Source: Candidatus Latescibacterota bacterium
Lineage (GTDB): Bacteria; Latescibacterota; CBDEFO01
Direction: 5' to 3'
DNA length: 64,000 nucleotides
Assembly: GCA_965248755.1 (NCBI GenBank)
Contig: OZ252149.1
Span: 1,184,001 to 1,248,000, forward strand
Shown here: positions 30,988-40,726 of the stretch, one piece after another
How positions within the stretch are numbered: position 1 is the stretch's first letter
How the letters are laid out: each line of letters opens with the position of its first letter
Notes under the pieces: generated by a model
What the model was told of the DNA's origin: nothing
The model's input: the letters and a program-made list of their open reading frames with translations, nothing else
Databases searched by the model: none
Position numbers and translations under genes: made by a program

Positions 30988-32157
30988 CTACTTATGCTTG
31001 TTTCCTGTTGCTTTCTGCACAGCAGAATAGACCTCAAGTATTGGGATTTCTCTTTCTCTTGCTATACGCGCACAGTCGTCGAACTCAGGAGTGATCCTTC
31101 TGGATCCGTTCAGATGGGCGATCTTGACCTTGACAGGTCCCAAAGCCGTATCCAGGGACCCCGACTCCCTTTCTAATTTCACCCTATCGACTCTGTATGT
31201 TCTCACCCCGATAGTCGTGGTTTCGTTCAGGATAGTTTCAATTATCGAATCTTTGTGATCGTCATCACAAAGGACGCTCAAAACTATCCCCGGGCGGCCC
31301 TTTTTCATAACCACAGGAGAAAGATAGGCGTCCTTTGCGCCCGATTCTATCATCCTGTCGAGTATGTAGCCGTATATCTCTGAAGTCATATCATCTATAT
31401 TCGTTTCCACTACAATTGAATAGTCCTGCTGGAACTCACCAACTGTCTGGCCTATCTGAAGCCTCAACACGTTCGGCATCTCTCGGAGGTCTCTTCCTCC
31501 TGCGCCGTATCCGATTGACTCGGTTCTGAACTTGGGAGACGTCCCGAAGCCTGAAGCAAGGGAGGTCAGAATCGCCGCTCCTGTAGGTGTAACCAACTCC
31601 GCCTTTACATCAGTTCTCTCTGAAGGAACCTCCTTACATAGTTCCAGCACAGCGGGCGCAGGGATGGGGATTACTCCGTGAGCCGATTCTGCAAACCCTG
31701 ATCCGAATCTGAGAGCTGAAGAATAGATTTTCTCAATTCCCATAAGCTCCAGACCCACCACAGTCCCTACAATATCCACAATAGCGTCCAGTGCCCCCAC
31801 CTCGTGGAAGTGAATCTTGTCAGGAGTAGTTCCGTGAACCTTAGCCTCAGCCTCAGCCAGTCTTTCAAAGATCTTCCGAGCCGTCTGCTTGGCGGTAGGA
31901 GATATGGAACTTCTATCTATAATATGTACTATATCGGACAGATGACGGTGAAGATTCGTATCTTCTGCTATGACATTCAGCTTAGTCGCAGCTATCGGTC
32001 CCCTTACTGCCCTTTTGCTCTCCAGGCTGAAGCCCGTTATTTTTAGTTTTGAAAGTTCATCAGATAGTTCATCTATGTTAAGGCCCGCGTCAACCATAGC
32101 CCCTAATATCATATCCCCACTTATACCGGAAAAGCAGTCCAAATAGGCTATTTTCAT
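30988..32157 (-). CDS. larC: Nickel pincer cofactor biosynthesis protein LarC
   Basis: YLDCFSGISGDM.LGA, HFHEVGALD, TPTGAA, ETNIDD, MKKGRPG. Confidence 0.95.
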   Translation of the reverse strand: MKIAYLDCFSGISGDMILGAMVDAGLNIDELSDELSKLKITGFSLESKRAVRGPIAATKLNVIAEDTNLHRHLSDIVHIIDRSSISPTAKQTARKIFERLAEAEAKVHGTTPDKIHFHEVGALDAIVDIVGTVVGLELMGIEKIYSSALRFGSGFAESAHGVIPIPAPAVLELCKEVPSERTDVKAELVTPTGAAILTSLASGFGTSPKFRTESIGYGAGGRDLREMPNVLRLQIGQTVGEFQQDYSIVVETNIDDMTSEIYGYILDRMIESGAKDAYLSPVVMKKGRPGIVLSVLCDDDHKDSIIETILNETTTIGVRTYRVDRVKLERESGSLDTALGPVKVKIAHLNGSRRITPEFDDCARIAREREIPILEVYSAVQKATGNKHK

Positions 32158-32537
32158 CCACTGAACTCCTTCTTTCTTTTCTTCCAATCGAGCTCCTCGT
32201 CGAAATCGTAGACATCCTTGAAGTCCTCTATACTGTCCTCTTGCGTCTTGCCCATCAACTGGGCATCCACAAGCGCAAAGACCATCTCCCCGAAGTCCTC
32301 TGTTCTGGTAATCCCCCAGTGCTCAAAGACCGATTTGGTCATAGGGCCATACTGCATCAAGCCGTACTGGCTTATCCCCTTTGAAAGCTCCTCTCCTGTG
32401 ACGTGCCGCTTTTCGCCAACCGTATTGACCGTGTGATCAAGGGCAGCAAAGAGGAAAAAATAGGCTTCTTTCTTAAATTTATTGAGCTTCTTGGCTACTT
32501 TTTCTATTTTCTCTACAAACTCTTCGTTTGAATCCAT
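32154..32537 (-). CDS. Minf_1886-like family protein
   Basis: EAY.F...AL, HVTG.EL..G, QYGPM...V...WGI..TEDFG.MVF.LV. Confidence 0.8.
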   Translation of the reverse strand: MDSNEEFVEKIEKVAKKLNKFKKEAYFFLFAALDHTVNTVGEKRHVTGEELSKGISQYGLMQYGPMTKSVFEHWGITRTEDFGEMVFALVDAQLMGKTQEDSIEDFKDVYDFDEELDWKKRKKEFSG

Positions 32538-32570
32538 AATAGCTCCGGGCTTCCGAATTTACCGAAAACT

Positions 32571-33944
32571 TCAAAAAAGGTTGTAGATTATGCGAAAGAG
32601 AGAAGGTTTTTCATCTCTTTGGATTGCCAGCGCTTCGTCGGTCGAATCCTTTTGAGCAACTTGTGCGATCTGTTCCTTCTCTTCCCAAAATTCGTCCAGC
32701 ATGCCTATCATCTCATCTTTGACCGCTCGGAAATTCCTTACGTATTCTTTTCTGACAGGATCTGCTGTGACGATGTTTTCACTTTGGGGATTTTCGGACT
32801 TTCCGTCTTTCTTGAGATGATAGTGCAGATGCGGGCCGGTCGACAGCCCTGAAGACCCCACGGAACCTATGACATCTCCCTGCTCGACGCTTCTTCCCCT
32901 TTCGATCCCGCTGGCGTAACGGTACAGGTGACCGTAGGACGTCTCGTAGCCCCTTGCGTGTTTGATTCTGATTAACCTCCCGTTGGAGCCGCTCCACCCC
33001 TTGTAGCTAACCACCCCAGCGGCCGTCGCCTTCACGTCCGTCCCCACCGGAGCGGCGTAGTCTATCCCGAGGTGGGGACCATACGTCTTCAAGATAGGGT
33101 GGAATCTTTTATGCGTGTATCCCGAACTGATCCTCTTGAAATATTCTAAGGGCAGTTTGAGAAACATCTTCCTTTTGGATGAACCATCTGGATTGTAGTA
33201 TCCTCTACTGCCCTGGGGGTCTTCGTAATAGACGGCCCTGTGGATCTTTTTCTTACTTTGATACTCGGCGGACAATATCTTCCCATATCTTATAAACTGT
33301 CCGTCCCTGAAGTTTTCCTCGAACACCATCCCGAATCTGTCACCGGGCCTGGGGTCGGACGAGAAATCTATGTCCCACCCGAATATCTCATCTGCGAAGC
33401 GATGAATCAAGACTCCAGATTTGGGACCCTCAAGTTCAACTATCGCACTGTAGAGATTATCCTGTATGATGCCCCCTGTTGCCCTTATGCTTTTATCCAG
33501 GGGCATATGCTCCCTGCGCGAGATCAACTTGCCTTCGAGTCTCTCCGCGATAATGGTCTCCTCTATTCCCGGCGTATATTCAAACCTTTCGATCGCGCCC
33601 GTCGAGTATAAGTTCACGAAGTAGCTGTCCCCAGGGAGAGATTTTCTTAAGTCCATCACACTCTGCAGGGAGTTTGTCAACTCCAGAATAGCCCTGTCGG
33701 ATACCCCTCCTCTCTTAAGTGAAAGATAGAGAGCTTCTCCCTTGTCCAATGTATCGGAGAAAGATACGTAGAGAGTCTTCTGCTCTTCCTCAGGTAGTTC
33801 TGACCTTTCATCTAGGTCCTCTACATTGTCGTTTTTCCCTTTGAACGCTATAAAGGAGAAAACGACTATAAGGATCAGGATAAAGCCTCCATACGTATAT
33901 ACCGACGCCCGCCTACTGCCGCTGTTCAGCAGTTGATGTGCCAT
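32571..33944 (-). CDS. M23 family peptidoglycan endopeptidase (MepM-like)
   Basis: N-terminal TM; H.GIDYAAP.G, YGHL, STGPHLHY. Confidence 0.95.
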   Translation of the reverse strand: MAHQLLNSGSRRASVYTYGGFILILIVVFSFIAFKGKNDNVEDLDERSELPEEEQKTLYVSFSDTLDKGEALYLSLKRGGVSDRAILELTNSLQSVMDLRKSLPGDSYFVNLYSTGAIERFEYTPGIEETIIAERLEGKLISRREHMPLDKSIRATGGIIQDNLYSAIVELEGPKSGVLIHRFADEIFGWDIDFSSDPRPGDRFGMVFEENFRDGQFIRYGKILSAEYQSKKKIHRAVYYEDPQGSRGYYNPDGSSKRKMFLKLPLEYFKRISSGYTHKRFHPILKTYGPHLGIDYAAPVGTDVKATAAGVVSYKGWSGSNGRLIRIKHARGYETSYGHLYRYASGIERGRSVEQGDVIGSVGSSGLSTGPHLHYHLKKDGKSENPQSENIVTADPVRKEYVRNFRAVKDEMIGMLDEFWEEKEQIAQVAQKDSTDEALAIQRDEKPSLFRIIYNLF

Positions 33945-34345
33945 CTTTGAATCCCTCCCTCATTCACAAAGATAAGCATTCGAGCAATCCCTGCTCTACT
34001 ATCCGGTTTTGCTCATATCGCAAAACGCCATGTCCCGGCTATACCCACAAGTTTTTACGCAAACAAAACTTACGATTCCAGCACTTATAAGATAATACAA
34101 AAAAGACACAAGAAAGTCAAGACAAAAACCTGTTGCTCGGTAACGGAGCTTTTTGAGATTTAACGTATCTTCTTAGGCGATGCTCCATAAGCTTTTTTGC
34201 AAACTTCGATCAACTGACCATTGTCAAGGATGAATTGCTGATAAAATCCTTGCTCGACCTGTGGCGATTCTTTAAATTTGTCCTGTATCTGGAGTCTTTG
34301 CGAGGACAACTTAAAATTTTCCCTTAATTTAAGGAGGACAAAAAC

Positions 34346-35431
34346 ATGCCGCTTCCCACCATTCATGTTGGATGCACGCACTTTGCATCCGGGCGCCTTC
34401 AAGCGCTGATCAACTCCAAAGGTCTGGAGTCTGTGGCGTTAGTGGACATCAATACAGAGGCGTCAAAAGAAGCGATCAAGAAGCTTGAGGGAAATGTCCC
34501 TGAAGGGCTTGAAGACCGACTCTACACCAGTATTTCAAAGGCCTGCAAAGAGCACCCAGCGGAGGTGTGCTTAATATACGCCTCTACGACCTCCCACGCC
34601 GAGCTTATTGTTGAGAGCCTGAGCTGTGGGATGCATACGCTCTGCGTTAAGCCTATTGCCTGCAATCAGGATGAATTTCGCTCGATCATCGAAGCTCACA
34701 GGATGCATTCCGATCTGATGCTGGTCCAGGGGCAGAATATTCGGTGGAATCCGGCGGCGGCTAAAATGCGAAGGTGGCTTAAGGAACCCGGAGGCATCGG
34801 GCGGCTCATCGCAGGCGAGGTTCGCTTCTGGATACGCCAGAACCTCTGGACGGGGCCCGACTCGAAACAGCCCGACGCTTACGTTCCGGGTCTCTTCTTC
34901 CACTCCGGTTCCAGTCACCAGTTAGACCAGCTCGTCGCGGCTACAGGTCTGCCGCGCTATGTCACTGCGCGCTATCATCTCCGCCAGGATACCGAGATAG
35001 CTCAAACTGGCATAGAGGGCACAGCAGGTGGCAACACACTTTTTGAATACGACAACGGTGCTATTGTGACCTACTGCGGGACACGGGCTGCTCACGCCGG
35101 TCCCTACGCTTGGAGCGGCTCATGGACGATGCACGGTGAGGAGGGGGATCTGATACGGAACGGGGGCAATCTCCAGCTCTATCGCAAGGGGGAATGCGTG
35201 GAGGATCTCACACTGCAGGACCTCCATCCAGGTCTTATCGAGGATGACCGCCTGCAGTTTGACGCTTTTGCAAAAGCTATTAAAGATGGAACTGACCGCG
35301 ATTGGCTGCAGCACAGCACGCTGGACACCTGGATCTTGATGGAGGCCTGCAACGAATCGGCGCGAACAGGTGAGCGCGTGGACGTTTATGAACTCCGTTC
35401 AAAGCTGATGGGTGAGGCAACAAACAAGTAG
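34346..35431 (+). CDS. Gfo/Idh/MocA family oxidoreductase (divergent)
   Basis: H.LCVKP (EKP variant), GQN.RW.P, H.LD. Confidence 0.75.
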   Translation: MPLPTIHVGCTHFASGRLQALINSKGLESVALVDINTEASKEAIKKLEGNVPEGLEDRLYTSISKACKEHPAEVCLIYASTTSHAELIVESLSCGMHTLCVKPIACNQDEFRSIIEAHRMHSDLMLVQGQNIRWNPAAAKMRRWLKEPGGIGRLIAGEVRFWIRQNLWTGPDSKQPDAYVPGLFFHSGSSHQLDQLVAATGLPRYVTARYHLRQDTEIAQTGIEGTAGGNTLFEYDNGAIVTYCGTRAAHAGPYAWSGSWTMHGEEGDLIRNGGNLQLYRKGECVEDLTLQDLHPGLIEDDRLQFDAFAKAIKDGTDRDWLQHSTLDTWILMEACNESARTGERVDVYELRSKLMGEATNK

Positions 35432-35532
35432 ACAGCATACAGGGCGAGGCAGTCTAAGTGAGATTGCTTCGCTGCCACCGATTAAATCCGGGGTCGCAAT
35501 GACAGTTTAAAGGAGGAGATACCCTGTCTACT
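35427..35532. repeat. MITE-like element with AGTAGACAG/CTGTCTACT ends (copy 2)
   Basis: Colinear with 5127-5255; its ends contain the TAG stops of both flanking convergent genes. Confidence 0.7.
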
Positions 35533-36808
35533 TTTTTGATTTTGAATTGCTCAGCCCATAAATCTTGGCTGGATTGTCGTGGAAGACCGCCTGTGCTACG
35601 TCAAGTGCGATGGATTCTGAAATAAACCCCTCCTCGATCATCTCGGCAAGCGCGATTGCGAAATTCTGACGGGCCATCTTTATATGCCCATAGACCGTCT
35701 CGACGTACTGGAGATCGTCACCGTAGGCGATTATCTTGTTATAAGGCACCATGCGAAGCCACTCCTTGAGATCTGTCCGCGAACCTATCGGGGAGATAAT
35801 GTGGATCCAAGACATATTCAGATAGACGTTGCCGAAAGCCTTGCCTAATACGGCGCCTTCCCGCAGATAAGGATAGCCTGAGTGCGAAAGGTCGAAACGG
35901 GCTTCCCGAAATGTCTGCATCAGTTCGGTAAGTGGAGCTGGACTGCATCCGTCCATACTTCCGTAATTTCCGGCACGTATGCCTTGATGAAATTGTATCG
36001 TCAGATCGGCGTCAGAGGCAGCGCGGCAGCACTCGAAAACGAGATAGTCCTCTAATAGAACACCTTCTTCTGAATCTAATCCAGCATAATTTCCTCTCAT
36101 CAGTCCATCGAAGATCTTCGCCGCATCCTCTTTCTGTCGCTGTTTGAAGTCCATACGCCTATGATAGGATTGAGACATCTTGACGCCTGCAGCCCTTGCC
36201 TCTTTCCATCCACGGCACACTCCTCGAATGGCCTCGATATGTTCGTCCAGGTTTGTGATGCTTAAGTCGTAATCCCGTTCGATTTCCTGAATTTGGGAGG
36301 CAGATCCGAGCATACTGAAGCGGTTCAAGCGTGGAAGCGGCAGGAACAGTTCTGGATCGACTTCGATTAGATCTCCCATGTTCAGCACCGAGATCTCGAT
36401 ATTCGACCGCTTTTTCAGCACATCGCGGTAGAATCCCGGTTCGCTATACTGGGATAGTGCCTCTGAGATCGGTTCAACTGTCTCTTTTGTCAACTCCGGA
36501 AATCCGAGCAGATCTCGGAACCCTTCGATTATGCACTGCGAAAAGCCCGTCAGACGCGTCCATCTCCAGTACGGCTCGAAGATTTGAAATCGTTCTTCAA
36601 GCGGAAGTCCCGGCGTTAACGCAGTCTCGATCTGGCTTTCGGACATCCCCGCGGAGACCAGATCGGATCGCGCGTAGGCATGTCTGAAGAAGGCAAGGGC
36701 ATCTGGGGCTTCTGCCAATCTCTCTTTTTCAGGCATAATATGTGAATGAGAATTAACACAGGAGATTTTAGCTATTTCATCAAATAACTCCCTCGAAAGT
36801 GTATCCAT
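35528..36808 (-). CDS. Amidohydrolase family protein (uronate isomerase-like)
   Basis: NSHSH metal motif, QFHQG, DLSHSGYPY, KI.AYGDD, N...IY. Confidence 0.8.
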   Translation of the reverse strand: MDTLSRELFDEIAKISCVNSHSHIMPEKERLAEAPDALAFFRHAYARSDLVSAGMSESQIETALTPGLPLEERFQIFEPYWRWTRLTGFSQCIIEGFRDLLGFPELTKETVEPISEALSQYSEPGFYRDVLKKRSNIEISVLNMGDLIEVDPELFLPLPRLNRFSMLGSASQIQEIERDYDLSITNLDEHIEAIRGVCRGWKEARAAGVKMSQSYHRRMDFKQRQKEDAAKIFDGLMRGNYAGLDSEEGVLLEDYLVFECCRAASDADLTIQFHQGIRAGNYGSMDGCSPAPLTELMQTFREARFDLSHSGYPYLREGAVLGKAFGNVYLNMSWIHIISPIGSRTDLKEWLRMVPYNKIIAYGDDLQYVETVYGHIKMARQNFAIALAEMIEEGFISESIALDVAQAVFHDNPAKIYGLSNSKSKK

Positions 36809-36912
36809 TTTGCAATTCTCCTGAATTTGTCGATTTTTCACAAAGATCTATAGGATTGGCTCCTTAAAATCCCCGCGTGTCTTTGGGAGAACCGAAAGGG
36901 AAAGACCTTACT

Positions 36913-36943
36913 GTCCCCGATTGAATCTATCGGGGATCGGGGA
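36913..36943. repeat. CCCCGAT-loop-ATCGGGG palindrome (nested copy)
   Basis: GTCCCCGATTGAATCTATCGGGGATCGGGGA; similar copy at 37932-37956. Confidence 0.75.
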
Positions 36944-36972
36944 CCTGTCCACTGAAGTTCCTTACCGTTCAA

Positions 36973-37869
36973 TCAACGGACAAACCAGCGGATCGCGTGA
37001 CGCTCCTCAACATCCCGAAACATGAGCTTGTAGGGATCACAACTTCTGTACGCCACGCAACCATCCGTGCGAAGCATCAGCCAGCCGAAGTCCCACCCGC
37101 GCCTTGCATAGCGCAACGGAATACCGGGTTTTACGCGAACAACCGGATGGGAGCCGCCGATAAAACATGGGTTCTCCGTGTAGTAGTAACACGATCCCAG
37201 TTGAACAAACACTTCGTGATCTACCGCGGCCGCAGATTCGTTTTCCAGATCAGAACAGAGGCCGCGAACCCCTACCTTCACCGCACACCCATCTGAAAAT
37301 GCCTCGACCAGGGCTTGGATAGAGCCAGATTTGACAGCACCATCGGTGTCGTGAGAGAATACCTCACGCCAAGAGTCACAGACGCAGAAGCGATAGACGT
37401 CGAAGTCATAAATGAAGTTGTTGCTTGGGGCATTGGTCTCTTCATCCCAACTGTCCTCTGTGTGATATTTGGGCATGTTCGGTGGAGCGTCAGGCGGCGA
37501 GGATCCGTGAGCCTTTGCGGGAACTCCGTCGAGATATGGGCGAGCGATCGCCTGCTGTCCATTCTGGTTATACAGAAAGAATGACATCGACGGACGTGGT
37601 CCGAAGCCATCCGGCAGTTCAATGGGCTGACGCAGGCTCATGATTCCCGCCGCCCAGGAATCCTGAAGTAGATATGTGACCCCGAATTCTGCCACTTCAA
37701 GCACACGTTCGTCACTGTCTGAGTCCACGTCGACGTGCTCGTTGTGAAGAAATTCGGTGTAGATGCGCAGGTCCGCCCCGCGCCGGATCGCATCGCCGAG
37801 TGCCTTCTCACTTCCTTCAACGACGCTTCGATCCGCGTTCAACTTCAACGCACAAGCCCATTTGGCCAT
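36973..37869 (-). CDS. Hypothetical protein with internal duplication
   Basis: About 298 aa; two W....G...G S..AL..A...G..L/V units. Confidence 0.7.
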   Translation of the reverse strand: MAKWACALKLNADRSVVEGSEKALGDAIRRGADLRIYTEFLHNEHVDVDSDSDERVLEVAEFGVTYLLQDSWAAGIMSLRQPIELPDGFGPRPSMSFFLYNQNGQQAIARPYLDGVPAKAHGSSPPDAPPNMPKYHTEDSWDEETNAPSNNFIYDFDVYRFCVCDSWREVFSHDTDGAVKSGSIQALVEAFSDGCAVKVGVRGLCSDLENESAAAVDHEVFVQLGSCYYYTENPCFIGGSHPVVRVKPGIPLRYARRGWDFGWLMLRTDGCVAYRSCDPYKLMFRDVEERHAIRWFVR

Positions 37870-37972
37870 ATAAAAGCTCTGCTCATATTTTGAACATCCA
37901 AGGTGTGGGATCACGGAAACATAGGAGGACGGTCCCCGATAGATTTAATCAGGGACCACCGGTTTCAACCAC

Positions 37973-39169
37973 TTACTCCTTCGGCAGTGCAGACGCAGAC
38001 AGCATAATCCTGGCGTAGATCTCCACCGCCTTTTCCAGGTGTCCGATGTCAATGTATTCCACGGCTCCGTGCGCCTGATCTATACTCCCGGGCCCAAGTA
38101 CGACGCAGGGGATGCCCGCCGTGGACAGCGCCGCCGCATCTGTTCCGTAGGGTACACCTTCGGCCCGGTCGTAGCCCGTCACCGCCTTACAAGCATCCTG
38201 GGAGATCTTGACAATCGGTGCAGATTCCGAGGTCTCCATCCCGGCTCCTGCAAATAGCGGCGTCTCCATCTTCACATCCAGATCAGGGTCGTCGCGGCGC
38301 ATATCCTCCAAAAGCTCCTCAAAGGGTTTCAAAGTCTCGTGTGGATCCTCTCCCGGTATCACCCGGCGGTCGAGGCAAATGGCACACCTGTTGGGCACGA
38401 AATTGACCTGGATTCCCCCTTCGATCTTCCCGATGTTCAGTGTGGGGCCGCCCGTTAAGGAATGATCCATCTCTGCGTAAGTCGGGACTATGCCCTCCTG
38501 GATATTTTGTATAATAGCCGCCATCTTTGTGATTGCATTGATTCCTAAGTGCGGTTTCGAACTGTGAGCCGCCTTCCCATTGACGACAATCCACCACCGC
38601 ATAACTCCCTTATGCGCCCGAATGACCCTGAGTTCTGTCGGCTCTCCCACGACTGCACCATTGGCGCGAAACCCAGATTCACCCAGGTGCATGGCTCCTC
38701 GCATATAAAGTTCTTCGTCCACTACGCCTGCCACGACAACGTTTGTAGGAGGTTTTTCCTCCATCTTTTTGACTGCCAACAAAGCGTGAAGCATCGTCGC
38801 CAAAGATCCCTTGGTGTCGCAGGATCCTCTCCCGTAAAGCAGACCGTCCTTTTCCTCTGGACTGAACGGATCTATCGTCATATCCGCAACTGACGCTGTA
38901 TCCATATGCGCCTCGAACAGTATAGTCCGATCCTGATCCTCACCTTCGACTGTTCCGAGAACGTTGTGTCGCCCGCCCATAACCTCCTGTCTTTCGTATG
39001 GGACGTCGTGCCGCTCAAAAAAGTCCGATACGTAGCGAGCCATCTCCGCCTCGCCCGTTTCCAGCCCGCCTTCCAGATCTGGATTCACGCTGTTGATCGC
39101 AACGAGATCCTTGAGGGTCAAGAGGACAGCTTCTTTATCGATAAATGAATTAATAGAGTCAGGATCCAT
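37973..39169 (-). CDS. M20 family metallopeptidase (ArgE/DapE-like)
   Basis: EAHMDT, YGRGSCDTKG, VDEE, GEPT, GPGSI.QAH. Confidence 0.92.
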   Translation of the reverse strand: MDPDSINSFIDKEAVLLTLKDLVAINSVNPDLEGGLETGEAEMARYVSDFFERHDVPYERQEVMGGRHNVLGTVEGEDQDRTILFEAHMDTASVADMTIDPFSPEEKDGLLYGRGSCDTKGSLATMLHALLAVKKMEEKPPTNVVVAGVVDEELYMRGAMHLGESGFRANGAVVGEPTELRVIRAHKGVMRWWIVVNGKAAHSSKPHLGINAITKMAAIIQNIQEGIVPTYAEMDHSLTGGPTLNIGKIEGGIQVNFVPNRCAICLDRRVIPGEDPHETLKPFEELLEDMRRDDPDLDVKMETPLFAGAGMETSESAPIVKISQDACKAVTGYDRAEGVPYGTDAAALSTAGIPCVVLGPGSIDQAHGAVEYIDIGHLEKAVEIYARIMLSASALPKE

Positions 39170-39197
39170 CAAATATACGCCTCCTTGTGACAATGCT

Positions 39198-40238
39198 CTA
39201 ATAAGACAGGGTCTCCTCAACGATCTTCAACGTCGTTTTTATGTCATTGGAATCCACATCCAGATGAGTCACCATCCGAATGCGTCCGCTTTCACCCGAA
39301 GACAAGACTCCTTTTTCCTTTAACCTTTGCATGAACTCATCGGCAGACAGCCCCGTCCCCGATGGATCGAAATAGACCATGTTCGTCTCAACGTTCTCCG
39401 GATCCAGTCTTATGCCCTTTATCTGCATCAACCCATCAGCAAGGAGTCTGGCATTTCTGTGATCCTCCTCCAGCCTTTGGACATTGTTCTCCAGTGAATA
39501 CAGCCCCGCAGCGCACATAATCCCTACCTGCCTCATCCCACCTCCCAACCTGTACCTCACTCTCCTTGCTTCTTCTATAAGTTCCTTACTGCCCGCGACC
39601 ACAGAGCCTATCGGCGCTCCCAAGCCCTTCGACATGCAAAAAGAGACGGAGTCAAACCCGCTCACCAACTCTTTAACGTCCCTTTTTGACGCCACAGCGG
39701 CGTTGAATATCCTCGCTCCGTCCAGATGCAGGGGGATAGACCTTTTCTGGGCAAACTTTAGTATCTTTTCTACCTCCTCCTGGGGGAATACCCTGCCCCC
39801 AGGGTAATTCATAGTGTTTTCTATCTCTATCAGTCCGCTTTTGGAATAATAATAAACGTCTGGTCTGATCTTCTCCTCTACCTGCTCTGCTGTGATGTAG
39901 CCGTAAGGAGAATCTATGGGTACTGCACTTACGCCTGAATTTGTGGCCAGGCCCGCAAGTTCGTCGTGCAGTATGTGAGCCGTGGACGAACATATAACCT
40001 CCTGACCAGGCTCTGTGAGGACGTTGATGCAGACTTGGTTTCCCATAGTCCCTGAGGAAACAAAGAGAGCCGCCTCCATACCCAAAATCTGTGCCGCCTT
40101 CTCCTGGAGCTTAAGGGCGGTCGGATCGTCGTCTATTACATCGTCACCCACCTCTGCTCCGTACATGGCCTCCCTCATCGCCTTTGTCGGCTTTGTGACT
40201 GTGTCGCTCCTGAGATCTATTATCCCATTGTCAGACAT
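39198..40238 (-). CDS. ltaE: Low-specificity L-threonine aldolase
   Basis: IDLRSDTVT.P, SGTMGN, HLDGARIFNA, SKGLGAP.GS, GGGMRQ.G. Confidence 0.93.
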   Translation of the reverse strand: MSDNGIIDLRSDTVTKPTKAMREAMYGAEVGDDVIDDDPTALKLQEKAAQILGMEAALFVSSGTMGNQVCINVLTEPGQEVICSSTAHILHDELAGLATNSGVSAVPIDSPYGYITAEQVEEKIRPDVYYYSKSGLIEIENTMNYPGGRVFPQEEVEKILKFAQKRSIPLHLDGARIFNAAVASKRDVKELVSGFDSVSFCMSKGLGAPIGSVVAGSKELIEEARRVRYRLGGGMRQVGIMCAAGLYSLENNVQRLEEDHRNARLLADGLMQIKGIRLDPENVETNMVYFDPSGTGLSADEFMQRLKEKGVLSSGESGRIRMVTHLDVDSNDIKTTLKIVEETLSY

Positions 40239-40467
40239 AGATTACCCTCTTGTGTAGTTCTTGTGCTGTGGTTCCCTGATCAACCTGCAATTGCCTCGAT
40301 TATGAAGATTTTCCCTGTTGTCCACTAAATATATTATCTTAGCGCCACAAGATCAAGAGAAAAAATATTTGACATTAATGAGTCTTATAGTTAATTTAGG
40401 CACTTGAACTTAATGATATTGGCTCGTGCACAAGATACCGAAGATTTCAAAACTGTCACTGTACTAA

Positions 40468-40696
40468 CCCGATTAATTCATAAACTTGGTGGAGTCATTG
40501 CGACCAGCAAAGCGACGAAGCAATCTCAAGGTTTTATAGTGATCTCCTATGAGAGCCGGAGCGTATTACATCTACCACAGAATGGAGATTGCTTCGCCTC
40601 CGGCTCGCAATGACACCGAAGGTGGTTAAACGTCATAACTATAATATAGTACAATGCCTTAATTAATACACGGCCTTTTTTTGTTAATTATTCGGG
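40468..40696. mobile_element. MITE-like element flanked by CTAA direct repeats
   Basis: Ends CCCGATTAATT / AATTATTCGGG; CTAA at 40464-40467 and 40697-40700; contains a GTCATTGCG...GAAGCAATCTC / GAGATTGCTTCG...CGCAATGAC doublet. Confidence 0.6.
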
Positions 40697-40726
40697 CTAA
40701 AGAAGAGAGCGGGTAGAGACAGAAGG

